In this document: positions 11,991-26,710 of the stretch, in pieces
How positions within the stretch are numbered: position 1 is the first letter of the stretch
Layout: each line of letters starts with the position of its first letter
Origin: Chrysomallon squamiferum
Taxonomy: Eukaryota > Animalia > Mollusca
Direction of reading: 5' to 3'
Assembly (NCBI GenBank): GCA_012295275.1
Contig: CM022673.1
Location: 18,538,001 to 18,602,000 of the forward strand
Length of the DNA: 64,000 bases
Translations under genes and position numbers: made by a program
The notes under the pieces: generated by a model
Databases searched by the model: none
Seen by the model: only the letters and a program-made list of their open reading frames with translations
What the model was told of the DNA's origin: nothing

Positions 11991-14900
11991 TATACATGCA
12001 TCTGTATGTTATGAAATACATCCAGCTTCAAACGCATACATGATTTATTCAGTTTGATTAATTGATATAGACCTATCCTGTCTCAGTAATAACATCGAGT
12101 ATAAACAAACATCTATCCTTTTTTATGTGTAGTCAAATATCTATTCAGTTTTATGTTTTGACATATATATGTATACACACACTAATCAAACGTATATTTT
12201 GTTATAAAAGTTGACTTTTATTATTAATACATATATACACAGAGATATAGCTGTAAATATACCTACATTCATAGATTCAAAATCCTAAATACATATATGT
12301 ATATGAATGTACGTATGTATGTATGTATGTATGTATGTATGTATGTATGTATATAACAAGTTCAGTTTTGTTCAGTCTTTAAACTGTCTTTAATTCGTTT
12401 CATATATGATTGAGTTCCAGACGGAAAAGTTTTAAACCAGAATTTTAATGCTTCAAATAATTATCGGTACGCTATAAAATATGACAAGAATGAGTAAATT
12501 CAAACTGTGGCAGTAATTTATTATCGTGATTGTATGATACGTTTAATAGATAAATAACATATCAACAAAGAGTTCAGCTTGGGTTATTTAATAATATACA
12601 AACACATTCTGTAATCAAACAGACGAAAATAAAAACAACTAAATGAATTGCAATTACAACAGAATCGGTCAGTTGAAACATAAAAGTGTAAGCGCATCTA
12701 TCTGTTGTTAAATATACCCACCTATTTAGCATGATTAACTGCTACATATATATGACAAGTGTAGACACAGACACACACACACACAGGGGAATATATTTAT
12801 TACATTATATAAAGTTTTCGGAGATCTATTAAAAGAGTAATCGTTCACAGGAGAATGAAAATAATTATGTTAATATACGTTTTAAGCTATGTTATGTATT
12901 AAACAGTGTGCCGTTGATGACAGAGATTACAATGGAAACTTACCGCACCAAAGTAAGGGAGTAAGTATTTTACCAAATCCCGCTGCCAAACTTTTACCAC
13001 AGCGTGGCAAAAATTTAAAGATTATCCTCCGTGACCTCAGTGTACATGAAAGGGAAGCGTCGGATATCTAAGCTCCAACTTGTCTCGTCGCTTGGGTTTC
13101 CTCTGTGCACGCGAACAATTATTACATTCCCGCGGATGTCAATGAAAATTGCAGAAACAAAGAGTCGACCGAGCATATCTTTTTTAGTATCATCTTTGCT
13201 TAATATTTTCCAAGTTTTATTAATAGAGACTAGACAAAAAAACAAATAAACAATGCGTGTGTAGGGTAGCGAGCATGTAACATTATTTTCATTTTATAAT
13301 ATGGGAGATCTATTTATTTATTTTACTCTTCTTTTTACTGTTTTTCTTTTCATTTATGAAAGATAAGTCATTAATAAATACTTTTTTCACATAAAATAAA
13401 GAAAAAGAAAGGAAAAAAGAACAATAAATATAAATTCTTAGTAATAAATACAATGTGAAAAATAATTAAAAACCATTTTTAGTAAATAAATTTCTATCGA
13501 TAAGATATTATGTTACAGCTGAAACATAAACTGATCCATTTATTCTGCGACGTCCCGATACAAATCTAGTACATATAATAATCTCTACACTATCGTTGAT
13601 GTGCACGTTAAAAAGTGTTACTGTTACAGCTGTTACTGTCATCTTATATTTCATGGAATACGGCCTAAGTGTAAATAAACTTCAGGTCAGCAGCTGTTGT
13701 TATGAATATAGCGGTAACTAGTCTTAGTACATTTTTTATATTACAGATAATTTTAAAACAAAACACATCTATACAGATTAAAATTATATTTACAATAGTT
13801 TTTGAGCTTGTTTTAGTTTTCTACTATATCTTGCTGCTTCTGATAAGATCCATTAGTATTCTCAAAAGTTTGAATTGATTTAATATCTCAATTGTAGTTC
13901 GTAAGCTCGGTCAGGTAGGGTTTGTGCGTTAATCATCCGAAGTTCTGAAACTAGCTTGATTTAAATTCGAGTTTCAAGATCCATTAGTATATTCAAAAGT
14001 TTCAAGTAATGGCATATCTACCAGTTTCATATCTACCGTTAAAGCCAAATATTAAGAAGGGGTTTTTTTTATGGTTTTTTTTTTTTTTTTTTTTTTTTTC
14101 CAGTTTTTATTTGTATTTATTTGTATTTATTTATTTATTTTTTGATCAAGACAAGTTGAACAACAAATTTAATAGAAATATATTGAACTATTATAGAAAC
14201 GTGTAATCTCAGGATTTCTCGGTATTTACTTTTACTAGCAAGTTTTAGTGACTACTTCTAATTACCTAGACATGATATTTCGTTTTATTATTCAGTGTTA
14301 ATTTCACCTGTCCAAATAAAATAAAAGGCACCTTTTAACGACGTGAAATATGTGAGTTATTTGTCTTTCAGTTAAATTCTGTAAACTGTATACGTCACTC
14401 TGACATCTGGCATGAAACGTTATCATTCATATTAATAATTAAAGCATCTCTATACCACAGTATCAGTCTTTCATAGTTAAGTCCAAATTTTATAAACAGA
14501 ATACTTTGCATTCGTGATTTATGTTCCGTGAACATTTAAAACGTTAGTCTCTAGTCAGAAGTGTATCCACGATTTAAAGTTAAGGGGAACGAAAACATTA
14601 AAGGAGGCGCCATGACACGTACTAATTTATTTTAAACTCATTATACATTAGAATTGAAACTCAATTTGAAAAGATAGAAGACGAAAAAGAACTTAACCAA
14701 AAATATCGGTGTTTTTTAATTACTTTAATTTTAAACATAAAATGAAAACAAAACGAAGTAATGTGTAAAATATATGATGCAACTATAAGAGCGTCTTTAG
14801 TCTAAACTTCATTCCAGCATTATATATTACTTTACTGGATAGCAAAGATAAGCGAGTTTACATTTGTTTTAATAATAATTAAAAATAAAATATATAAGAA

Positions 14901-15280
14901 AAAAGATTCCAGTTTTATCGTATAAATGAAACTGAGCTTCATTACTGTTGAAAAGGCGTCCATGTTTGAGAATGTGTTCACTGGGAGCGATCGCTGACTT
15001 CCTCTCCCTCTAACTGCCGTCTCTAATGCATTACCTATAAGTGATTTATTTAGTATCACCCACTCCTGCACTGTTTTCATAACCGTAAGAAAAATCTTGA
15101 CAGCGATACAACTACATACTTTAAAAAGGTCAAGTTTACAAATTATTTATTTTAATTTTCTCTTCCTTTCTTTTTCAAAATTTATTGTAGCTCATAATAT
15201 CCTGCAGTAATGATAAACAGTGGCAAGATGTGATGAGAGCCATTGTTCTATTCCACGCTTGGCATTATGTTTAATCCATT

Positions 15281-15311
<31 letters not shown>

Positions 15312-15879
15312 TTAATTTTTTATTATTGTTATTATTATTATTATTACTGCCGTTTTTGAGGGTTTTGGGGGGTTTTTTTTATTACTTTTCAATTTTAGAC
15401 AATATCAGACAAAGAAATTGATAAGATATAATAATAATTTATATGTATTTGGAACACTACACAATTCTAACCGCTTGCTGTTTGAGTAAAATAAGTCATA
15501 AAATCATAGATAATATTTTTAAAATCGATTTAGAACATTACAGAATTCAAGCGGCTCACTGAGTAAACTAAGTATGACAGTTCACTCAATGCTCGATTTA
15601 ACGGTGTGAAAGGTATGAAATATTAACAATGGGGAATAATGTACAGAGTTAAATTTATTTTAAATCACAATGTCGAATAATGTACAGAATTATATTTACT
15701 TTTAATCGTACAGTGACGCCACTGACAATGCAGAAAAAGTAAAAACACATTGCACAAATACATCATGATCATCCACGTGGCCACTATTAATTCGAGAGTG
15801 ATCAAAAAGTGCAAATGTACTAATACATAACTTAACGTCTGGGCGTGCATATGAGTTTGCTAGTTTTCAAGACCGACCT

Positions 15880-17320
15880 TTGCATCTTCCAAAGTTATCT
15901 AGTGGTTAGTATTTGCAAAGCCTATGTAGCCGGTGAAATAATAGAAGAAAAAAAAATTGAAAATAGAAATTTTAAACCTATTTATAGACAATTTTATAAA
16001 GGAACCAAACTGCTGTTGGAACAAGATATGTCAGTTAAATTTCCATCAGAAGTAAAACGTTTACCATACTCCATGAAGTTTAGAACAGTTGAAGGGACAG
16101 AATATTTTTGTCTTTTAACTCAAAGTGTGATATAATTGTACGGCTGACAGTGATATACTCAAGGATGGCCCAAATATAACATGTCATTATTGAAAGAAAA
16201 AGGACATTTTGCAAGACATACCCTTAAACTTTTCTTTGTGAAAAGTGTGGGGAAAAGAAGATGAAAGTAAATGTTACGACAGCGATGACCAGAAAAACAG
16301 CGACAGTGATAGTGACATTACGGATTGTTAACGAGAAGACAAAGAAGAGAAAAGAAAGTGGAGCAAAAAGCATCCACCAGATAAATACAACGGAAGTGAA
16401 AAAACAAGGAAAAACAAAAATCGCTAACTGGAGAGAAAACAGAAGAAAAAATGAAAACACAAGTGAGAAAAATATTGTGAAGGACGCCCAAAACGATCGA
16501 AACAGAAAATAGTCAGCAGACAAATGTACGTCCATCTAGATTAATCAAGCGAGGACAATAAGAGAAAACAGATAACACAAGAAGAGACTAGCAGCGCGCG
16601 TGAAAAGTGTCAGAGAAAATATTAATAAAGCTATGCATGTGTATGATGAGATTATCAATATGCTATAGCATGTTTAAGAATTGAAAATATTTTTATAACT
16701 TTTCTAATTGTAATTATGATTTTCACTTTAAATAAAAAATGGATTATGGGATAAATTAAATTCAGTTTTTGCGACTTTTAAAAATAAGCATGCTAACATT
16801 ATTTTTCATCAGAAACATTTTGGAATAATGTCTTTATTGAGAGATATAAGCATTAATGGAAGGGAAATATATCTTATAACAAATGTCCAAATAAAAAAAA
16901 AGGTTATGGGAATACTGATATCAAAAGAACGTCCTTATAAGTTTAATTTTATTAGTTGCAACACTGAAGATAGGATTTTAAAAAATAATATTAATACAGA
17001 TGGCGATGAATATTAATTTCTAAATGTATATGCGCCAAATAATATTGAAGAAAGAATTATTGTTTAAAGAACTTTATAATTTTCAAGATTTTAGAAATAC
17101 AATAATGGCAGAAAATTATAATGAAATTTTATATCCTACTTCAGATTTAGTTATTAATAATAAAACTTTGAGAATGAAATGTAGTAATGTTTTACAATGA
17201 GTTATTTGTAAATTATAATTTAGTTGATATTTGGCGATACAGAAATCTACATATCAGACAGTTTACTACATCTTAAGGATTGATTTACTTTTAATTTCTA
17301 GAAATTTAAATTATTTGTAA
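15880..17320 (+). mobile_element. L1/Tx1-clade LINE 5' part: ORF1 (CCHC knuckles) and start of ORF2 endonuclease, decayed
   Basis: FYKGTK..VKFPSEVKRLPYSMKFRTVEG and CxxC..H..C knuckles, followed by APE-like IIFHQ(E)TFW and NVYAPN motifs. Confidence 0.75.
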
Positions 17321-17379
17321 GTAATGTGTGTGTGTGTGTGTCCTGTATTTCTACTAGTGATTTAAGTTGAATTTGAAGT

Positions 17380-20300
17380 ATTTCTGTTAAAGTATTTTTA
17401 CTACAAAATATCATTTTTGTTATCTTATTTTTATTATCTTGTTTGAAATATACTGACTATTACTATCATTCTTCAAGAGGATATTTATATTTTAAATCAT
17501 TATCTTTAAAGTGATAAAAATATTGTTTTCTACATATTTGTTAAAAAATGTTCCCAGTTCGTTTGGATAGAGTTTCAAAGTATTTTCGCGTAAATAATTT
17601 AAAAGAATTAATTATCTTGATTTTTTAATCGTTTCAGTTCTCCTATTACTCTCATCTTGAAGTCTGTCACTCTTTATGTAGAAAGTATTATGTTTAAGAA
17701 TATTCTAGAGCTATTTTCAATCTTGAAATGACAGCCGAAAAGAACCAATCTCTTTAAAAAAAATCCAAGATAAAGCTTGTTTTAAAACATTTGAGTATAT
17801 TTAAACAAATGAAAACAAAAGAAGCATATCTTCTACATCCTCGTAACAAAGAGCACGCAGATTTGTGTTGCCGGTATGTTCCCAAAACTTGCAGTCTCCA
17901 GATTAGGTAAGCTGTGAGGTGTTCTAATCCGCTTCCAGAAATGGGAAAATTGGCGTCAGCAATTAAGGCCGATTTAGTGTATAGAGTCTTTAAAACTGAC
18001 ATTTTTGTTAACTTTTGAGTTTATCTGTATTTGAATTATTAAAAGGAGCATACGGTAGGTAATACTGCTTTCGTTGTTATTACACTGGAAATGTTATAAA
18101 TAATATAATATAAACAATGCCAGCTAAAAGTCACTTAATGTTTTATAATTATAATTCTGTTTATAATTATTGTTAGAATTTCTGTTTATTATTATTATTA
18201 TTATTATTTTAATTTCTGCAACATCTGATGGTTTTCTGTTAAAGCATAGTCTGAGGTTTACAGTTATAATCCTAGGATGTGTCAATTACTTACAGTGACA
18301 AATAATTCTTCATCATTATCATCATCTTCATCTTCACACAATTTATTTTCAAACTTAAAAAGACCTGTCAGCAAATAAAATATACTTTACGTTCACAAGT
18401 GTTACACTGTTCATATTTCTGCTGGTTTGTTCCCAAAACTGGCAGCTTCCAGATTATGTAAGCGGTGATGTGTTCTAATCTGCTTCCAGAAATGGGAAAA
18501 CTGGCGTGAGCAGTTAAGGCCAATTTAGACGCATGGGGATAACGAGATGTGTGAAGAACAGAGGGGGCGATTAACGAGATTAACCTTAATGAGCAGTGAA
18601 GAACAGAGGTGAGCTGGAACAGAGACTGCAAGAAAATTAATGTTCCCGGCTTCCTACTTGTCGGCTTGCGGTGGAGTGTTTTCTGGGACATTTCGTGTGT
18701 AAAGTGTGACTGAATGTGCCTTCAAACTGTGGACAAAATACTGTTTAACAAAATTACATCAGTTAAGGTGATGGCCATGAATTAAGGTGACGGAACACCA
18801 GTTAGTAACGGTGAGCAATAAATGGAACAACTGGCGTGTCCAATTAAGATGTGTTATAATCTCACTGCCGGATTCGGGAGTGCCAGAATCGGGAATAAAC
18901 TGTATTGACAATACCATATTTATACAGCTTTTCATGTGTGTGTGTGTGTGTGTGTGTGTGTCTGATGTTTTATCCATGTAAAGTAATGTTTTCTAAAAGG
19001 AAATCCAGGGAATATAGAATCCTTGGTCTTGCCAGAATACTTCTCCAGAATACTTTGAGATAACTTGGAAATTAAATTTGTATAGTTTAGATAAAATTAA
19101 TTTACAGTAAAATGCGACTAATGAATTCTGAGTTATTCTTTAGTAACAGATTCGGCTTTTGTAATACTTTAACTTCTGTTTTAATTGCCGTCATCCATTC
19201 TTGAGGAAGATAATTTAATATTAATTTATAAAGATATGAAATCTGTGAAAAAAGGTAAGTCAAGAAATGTCTTTTGAACTATTTCAGCTATTGCTGATAT
19301 TTTAAGAAATCCTGTAATAAATCCATATGTAATGTCAATAATAGTTATTACTCCACAAACAATGAAAAATTTCATAGATAACATTTTACTTTCAGGCCTG
19401 ATAAAATGATTGTCAAATAAGAGTTGTGTTACTATTTCGTAAAGATTTTAGAGAAGATCTTTTCTCGACTGGAAACTATATCCCATGCGGATAATAATTG
19501 TGTATAAAAAAGATTAGTTCTTTGTAAAGCAGATTTATCATACAACATTGAAAATAATGTACTTTTTGAGAAATTCTATCATTATAAATTTCCTCACTAT
19601 CAGAATACATTTTTTAGTAAATTTAATTTGAAAGCAATCTTTCTAATACGAATACCTTAAATGTTTAAACCTCCTGATTGTTTCTTTCTAGTCATAGTAA
19701 AATATTTAATTAAAGCATATTTGTTTTCCCATATACATTTTTTCTAACTTTCTTTTTATGAATTTCACTTACTCTAATTGTAGTATCGTGAGTATGCTGA
19801 TATATTAACGAAGTACAGTTTTCCGATATTTGTTACCATTAATATTATCTTTACTTTTAATTAAACGATTTAAAGTTTCAGCAACTATTATATATAGCAT
19901 CACAGAAAGTGGACAAGCTTGTCTTACACCTCAGGTGATAGAAAAAAACTACGGAGTTAAATTTTAATAAATAGTGATTATTCAAGAAATAAAATTTTAT
20001 CCAGACTTTTTTTTCCAAACATTTTACAATAAAACTTTTTGTTACACTATCAATTTTTCTTGATCTATTTTCATTAAGTAACCTTCTTCATGTCTCAGTT
20101 CTGTTAAATCTATTATATCTTATTGACATTAGATTTTATTTATTATATCTCTCCCTGAACTCAACATATTTGATCGGGGGAGATAAGGTTTGACATCACA
20201 TTCTTCAAATGATTCACTGGTACTTTTCGACATTTAGAAGTCTTATTGATTTATAAATTTTGAGGTACTTTTGTTTCCTTTCTTCTTGTAGAATAGACTA

Positions 20301-20470
20301 ATAATTCCTGTTTTTATACTACGTGATAACTGTTCTTCGTTTGTTATACATATAACAATTTTATAGAATATTTGTTTTAGGACATCCCAGAATTTTTGAT
20401 AAAACTCTCCCGTTAAACCATCTACACCAGAAATTTATTTTTATTCATGTTTTTCAGCATTTCTGTAATT
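17380..20470 (-). mobile_element. Decayed L1/Tx1 LINE ORF2 and 3' end, interrupted by the insertion at 17871-18900
   Basis: RT motifs GVRQACPLSVMLYIIVAETL and (Q)HTHDTT (decayed YADD). Homologous to 7.3-10.4 kb. Confidence 0.7.
17871..18900. other. Composite insertion: ~107-bp direct repeats flanking an inverted copy of 3600-4035
   Basis: 17871-17977 resembles 18422-18528, and 17978-18415 is the reverse complement of ~3600-4035. The block is flanked by TGTGTTG/TGTATTG. The homologous LINE site at ~43065 is empty. Confidence 0.6.
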
Positions 20471-20542
20471 CATCTACAGAGATACATACATACATACATA
20501 CATACATACATACATACATACATACATACATACACACACACA

Positions 20543-20576
<34 letters not shown>

Positions 20577-20589
20577 CATACACACATCT

Positions 20590-20900
20590 TACAATAGGAA
20601 GATTATGATTTCAAAGCCTAAACCGTAGCAGTAGCCACCAGTGTTTTCTACCTATAAGGTTGATATATGCTCGAATTTGACAGTATTTTTGAATAGTTTA
20701 TACGAACAATCAACGACAGATACCAACATTTTAAATACTGAGCTATAAGCCTTGTGTTAATGCATGATTTTAGGATAAAGGCACTAGTGATACCATTACA
20801 CGGTGATAACCACAAATATGTGAAGCCAACACCATCGAGAATAGTTTTAACATGTAATATCCACTTGTGACAATTGTACTATCCAACTTCACAATTAACT
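20590..20900 (-). mobile_element. L2/CR1-group LINE C-terminal fragment (paralogue of 10510-10760)
   Basis: WILHVKTILDGVGFTYLWL..IKTRLIAQYLKCW..YKLFKNTVKFE..LLRFRL*NHNLPI. Confidence 0.55.
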
Positions 20901-21806
20901 GAAATGTTGTTATTCTGTATGGGAACCAATATCTTTCTCCCTAAGTACATTTCCCAGAATTGCCTCAAAAGTAACATTAGAAAAGAAAAAACCCCAGAGA
21001 ATGCGAGGTTTTCCCTTTTATATTATGATAAACCAAATAAATGACATTTATTTATGAAAAATTACTATATAATAGAAATATAATAGATATAGATATAGAC
21101 AGATATATAGATATAGATACAGATATATAAATATATAGACATACATTCGTTTAGAACAACATATTTGGTGATGAAATAATAACTGTCTACAAATCAATCA
21201 AAACCGATATAAATATTTTCGTAATTTACCTTGCATAAGTTAAGTTTGATTCACATCGTCGGTGAACAAAAATATTAACATGAGCAGAATGCTACGCTTC
21301 TTACTCTCTTGTAAAGTGAGTGTATAGCAAACTCACTGTTGTGTTGATTCACATTTTTTGATGACTTTACTGACTTTAAGGTCGTTTGTACCAGTCGTTG
21401 AGCAACAACTGTAAGCCGTATTGCAAATGCTTATTTTCATGTTACTTTCTCAAGTGATAATAATCCTTCAGTATCTCCATTGCATCATCGCAGGCAAATG
21501 TATTTTACAATCATTTATACTACAATCAGATATATTTCTGAAAAGTTCAATATTATCAGTTTTCTCTTAGTAAACATAGCACGTAAAAATTATGGGGTGC
21601 TTACATATGTTTCAAATTCTAGGATTATAGCCTCGAAAATTTAATTTTATTTTAATATTAGCAGACTTTTCTTTTTGATTCAAAATTCGATGGTTCCAAT
21701 AAAAAAAAATAAAAAAAATACAACAACAACAGAATGTCATAGGTAATCATTGAAAAATTTATTTTTATTAATTATGTTAGTATTCTTGTTAGAGAACTGT
21801 TTTCTT

Positions 21807-23024
<1,218 letters not shown>

Positions 23025-23280
23025 TTTTTTTTTCTGTGTAAAAAAGGAAAGAAAATTCACATTATTTATAACATTAATAAAGCAGCTCAATACTAGTAAT
23101 GGTTAATATTACATAACAAAAATAACAATAATAATAATAATAATGTAAAACGCATACATACAAACAACCTATTATGTGTGACAATTTGAGAATAATGATG
23201 TAAAAGAATTGCTAATATAAACATTTAAAAATGTTCTGTTGCTAAACTATGCAAATTAGGCAGTAGTACTTACTACTAAC

Positions 23281-23643
23281 CTGAAGATCCTGGATCTGTT
23301 ATTACAGAGGTGGAAAATTAGATCGAATGCTTTAATGCTGTTAAAAAAAGAAAGAAAAAAAAGAATATTCACCAATCGAAGGTGAAGACAACTAATTATT
23401 TGCAGTTTTTGATACATTATAAAATGAATCTAAAATGTTAAATTTTCATACAAAAAAACGATAAACACTTCTAAATAAATGCTCACCTAATTTCTTTCCT
23501 AATCACAATCGCGAAGTAAGATTAACTTATGTCCTTTATATACTGATCTGGGTTCCAAAATTTAACACTTTGATAACACATCTGAGTACTACGGCCAATG
23601 GAAATTTTTCTATTGCGACATTTGTCGTAACTCCAATAGGCGG
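23281..23643 (-). promoter_or_regulatory. Promoter and non-coding leader exons of copy C
   Basis: CCAATAGGCGG at 23633, CCAAT at 23595-23599, TATATAAA at 23542-23535. Exon 1 runs ~23512-23487 and ends in AG|GTGAGC. Exon 2 runs 23337-23281 (TTTTTTAACAG acceptor; CAG|GTTAGT donor, with a second GTAAGT 7 nt further). The signal exon starts at 23033. Confidence 0.65.
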
Positions 23644-23781
23644 AGAGATTCTGCACTTCCCTCTAAGTGACGAACAATATCAGATGAACGGTGACATAAA
23701 TGTGTAGGCGCATCTATGTGTTATTAAATATATCCATCTATCTAGTTTGACTAATTGATACATATCTATTGAGTCACAACG

Positions 23782-23830
<49 letters not shown>

Positions 23831-26249
23831 AACACACACACACACACACACAAACAAAAACACACATACAGGCTCAATATATTTATTATATAAGGTTTTC
23901 GGGGACCTATTTTAAGTTTTCGATCAGATGAAACTATTAACAGAGTTATCGTTCACAGGAAAATGAAAATAATTATGTTAATACATGTTTTAAGCTATGT
24001 TGTATTAAACAATATGCCGTTGGTGAGACAGATTACACTGGACACTTACGCACCAAAGCAAGTGAGTAAGTATTTTATCAAATCCAGCTGCTAAACTCTT
24101 ATCACAGCAATGGCAAAGTTTCAAGATTATCTGCCGTGACCTCTGTGTATATGAAAGGGAACCGCGTGGTATGCAAGCTCCAACTTGTCTCGTCGTTTGT
24201 TTCTCTTCAGACCTCGCTTTCCTCTGTGGCTCGCGAATAATTATTATATTCCTGCGGGTGTCAGTGAAAACCGCAGAATCAGAGTCAATCTAGCAAGAAC
24301 AACTTCACAATCTCTAAAATTTTATTTCTTTTTCACACAAAACTCACCAAAACTTGGCCGCTAATTAACTCAAAAATCTAATCTAATTATTCACAATTTA
24401 AAGGCAGTTTATTTACTTACCATTGTTATACATTTTTTTTTTCAACGACTGTCCTTGCTTTATATTTTCCCTTTTCTATTAATAGAGTCTAGACATAAAA
24501 ACAAATAAATTTGCACCACAGAGTGCGCGCGTAATATTATTTTATTTTTATAATTTGAGAGGTTTATTAATTAATTAATTTATTTATTTATTTATTTATC
24601 TTACTTTTCTTTTTATTGGTTATCTTTTCAGCGGATGCCAATGACCCTCACTTTCCTCTGTGGCCCGCGAATAATTATTGTATTCCCGCGGATACAAAGA
24701 GTTAATCTAGCAAGAGAAGTTGACAATTATTAAAACTGTGTTTCTTTCTCACACAAAACTCACCTAACTTAGCTGCTAATTAACTTGACTCACAAATTTT
24801 AAAACTGTCTTTAAGAGTTTGACTTTCAGTAAAAGGTTATTACGGATGAATCTAATTATTCACTTATTGTAGAATTTAAAGGCAGTTTATTTGCTTATCA
24901 TAATTTTTAATATATTTTTTTCAAGACCTGTCTTTATGTTTCCATGCTTTATTAACAGAGAGTAGACATAAAAATAAATAAACAAAGTGGTGTGAGAGAG
25001 AGCGCGCGCGTAATATTATTTTATTTTGTATAGTTTGGAAGGTTTATTTATTTATTTATGTTACTTTTCTATTTATTGGTTATATTTTCAGCTATGAAAG
25101 ATAAGTCATTAATAATTACTTTTTTTCACTTAAAATGAAGAAACAGAAACGAAAAAAGAACATTATATATAATTTCTGTGGAACAAGCTCCATGTGAAAA
25201 AAATAATTAAAAAAAAACATTTTTAGAAAATAAATTTATATTGAGAAGATAGATTGTTACGGTTCAAATATGATACTGTCCCGTTTGTTCTGTGAACGAA
25301 ATGTATAATAATATTTACACTATCGTTGATATTAGTTAGCATGTGCATGCTAAAAAGTGTTACTGCTACATCTGTTATTGTTGTCATCATCATATTTCAT
25401 GGAATACGGCCTAAGTGTAAATAAACTTCAGGGCAGGCAGCTGTTGTTATGAATATAGCGGTAACTAGTCTTAGTACATTTTTAATATTACAGATAATTT
25501 TAAAACAAAACACATCTATACAGATTAAAATTATATTTACAATAGTTTTTGAGCTTGTTTTAGTTTTCTACTATATCTTGCTGCTTCTGATAAGATCCAT
25601 TAGTATTCTCAAAAGTTTGAATTGATTTAATATCTCATGTGCAGTTCCTAAGCTAGGAGAGATATATTTAAAGGTGTCGTTTAACAACGTGGAATATGTC
25701 AGTTACTTTTTCTTTAAGTTTAAATTCTATAAACTATATACTTTCACTTTGACATCTAGAATGAAGCATTATCATTCATATTAATTATCATATATCGACA
25801 AATGCATTAATAAATAAAGAATCCGTATATTAACAGTATCAGTTTTTCATAGTCAAGTGCAATTTTATAAACTGAACACTTTTCATTCGTGATTGAACGC
25901 GATGTTCACTGTACATTTAAAACGTTAGTCTGTAATCAGGAGGGTAGCTAGGATTTAAAGTTAAGGGAAGCGAAAACTTTAAAAAAGGCGCCATGACACG
26001 TAACTAATTTCTTTTAAATTCATTATTCATTACAATCAAAACTCATTTAAAAAGATAAAAGACGAAGATCGGTGTTTTTTAATTATTTTAATTTTAAACA
26101 AAATGAAAACAAAACAAAGCAATGTTTAAAATGTTTGACGCAACTACAAGAGTGTCTTTACTCTAGGCTTCATTTCAGCATTATCTATTAAGTAATTAAT
26201 TACTTAACTGGAGAGCAAAGGTTAGCCAGTCTACACTTCCGTAAGTTTT

Positions 26250-26710
26250 TGTCAGAGTGCGACAGCGATAATCAGAAAAAACAGCGATAATCATAGTGAC
26301 ATTACGGATTGTTAACGAGAAGACAAAGAAGAGAAAAGAAAGTGAAACAAAACGTATACACCAGAAAAATACAACAGAAATGAAAAAATAATAAGGAAAA
26401 ACAAAAATCGCTAACTGGAGAGAAAACAGAAGAAAAAAACGATGAAAACACAACAGAGAAGAATATTTTGAAGGACGCCAAAAACTATCGGAACAGAAAA
26501 CAGTCAGCAGACGAAAGAATGTCCATCTAGATTAATCAAGCGAGGACAATAAGAAGAGAAAATTTGAAGTTTGGTAGAAAACAGATAACACAAGAAGAGA
26601 CGAGCAGCGCGCGTGAAAAGTGTGTCAGAGAAAATATTAATAAAGCTATGAATGTGTATGATGAGATTATCAATATGCTATAGCATGTCTAAGAATTGAA
26701 AATATTTTAT
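26250..26710 (+). mobile_element. L1/Tx1 ORF1 C-terminal fragment (paralogue of 16270-16700 and 49860-50350)
   Basis: Clear nucleotide similarity to the longer ORF1 copies. Confidence 0.65.

Noticed and set aside
24170-25090. Local ~400-bp direct duplication upstream of C as LTRs
   Set aside because: No TG..CA ends, PBS or internal coding sequence. It is a tandem duplication of flank sequence present once in other units.
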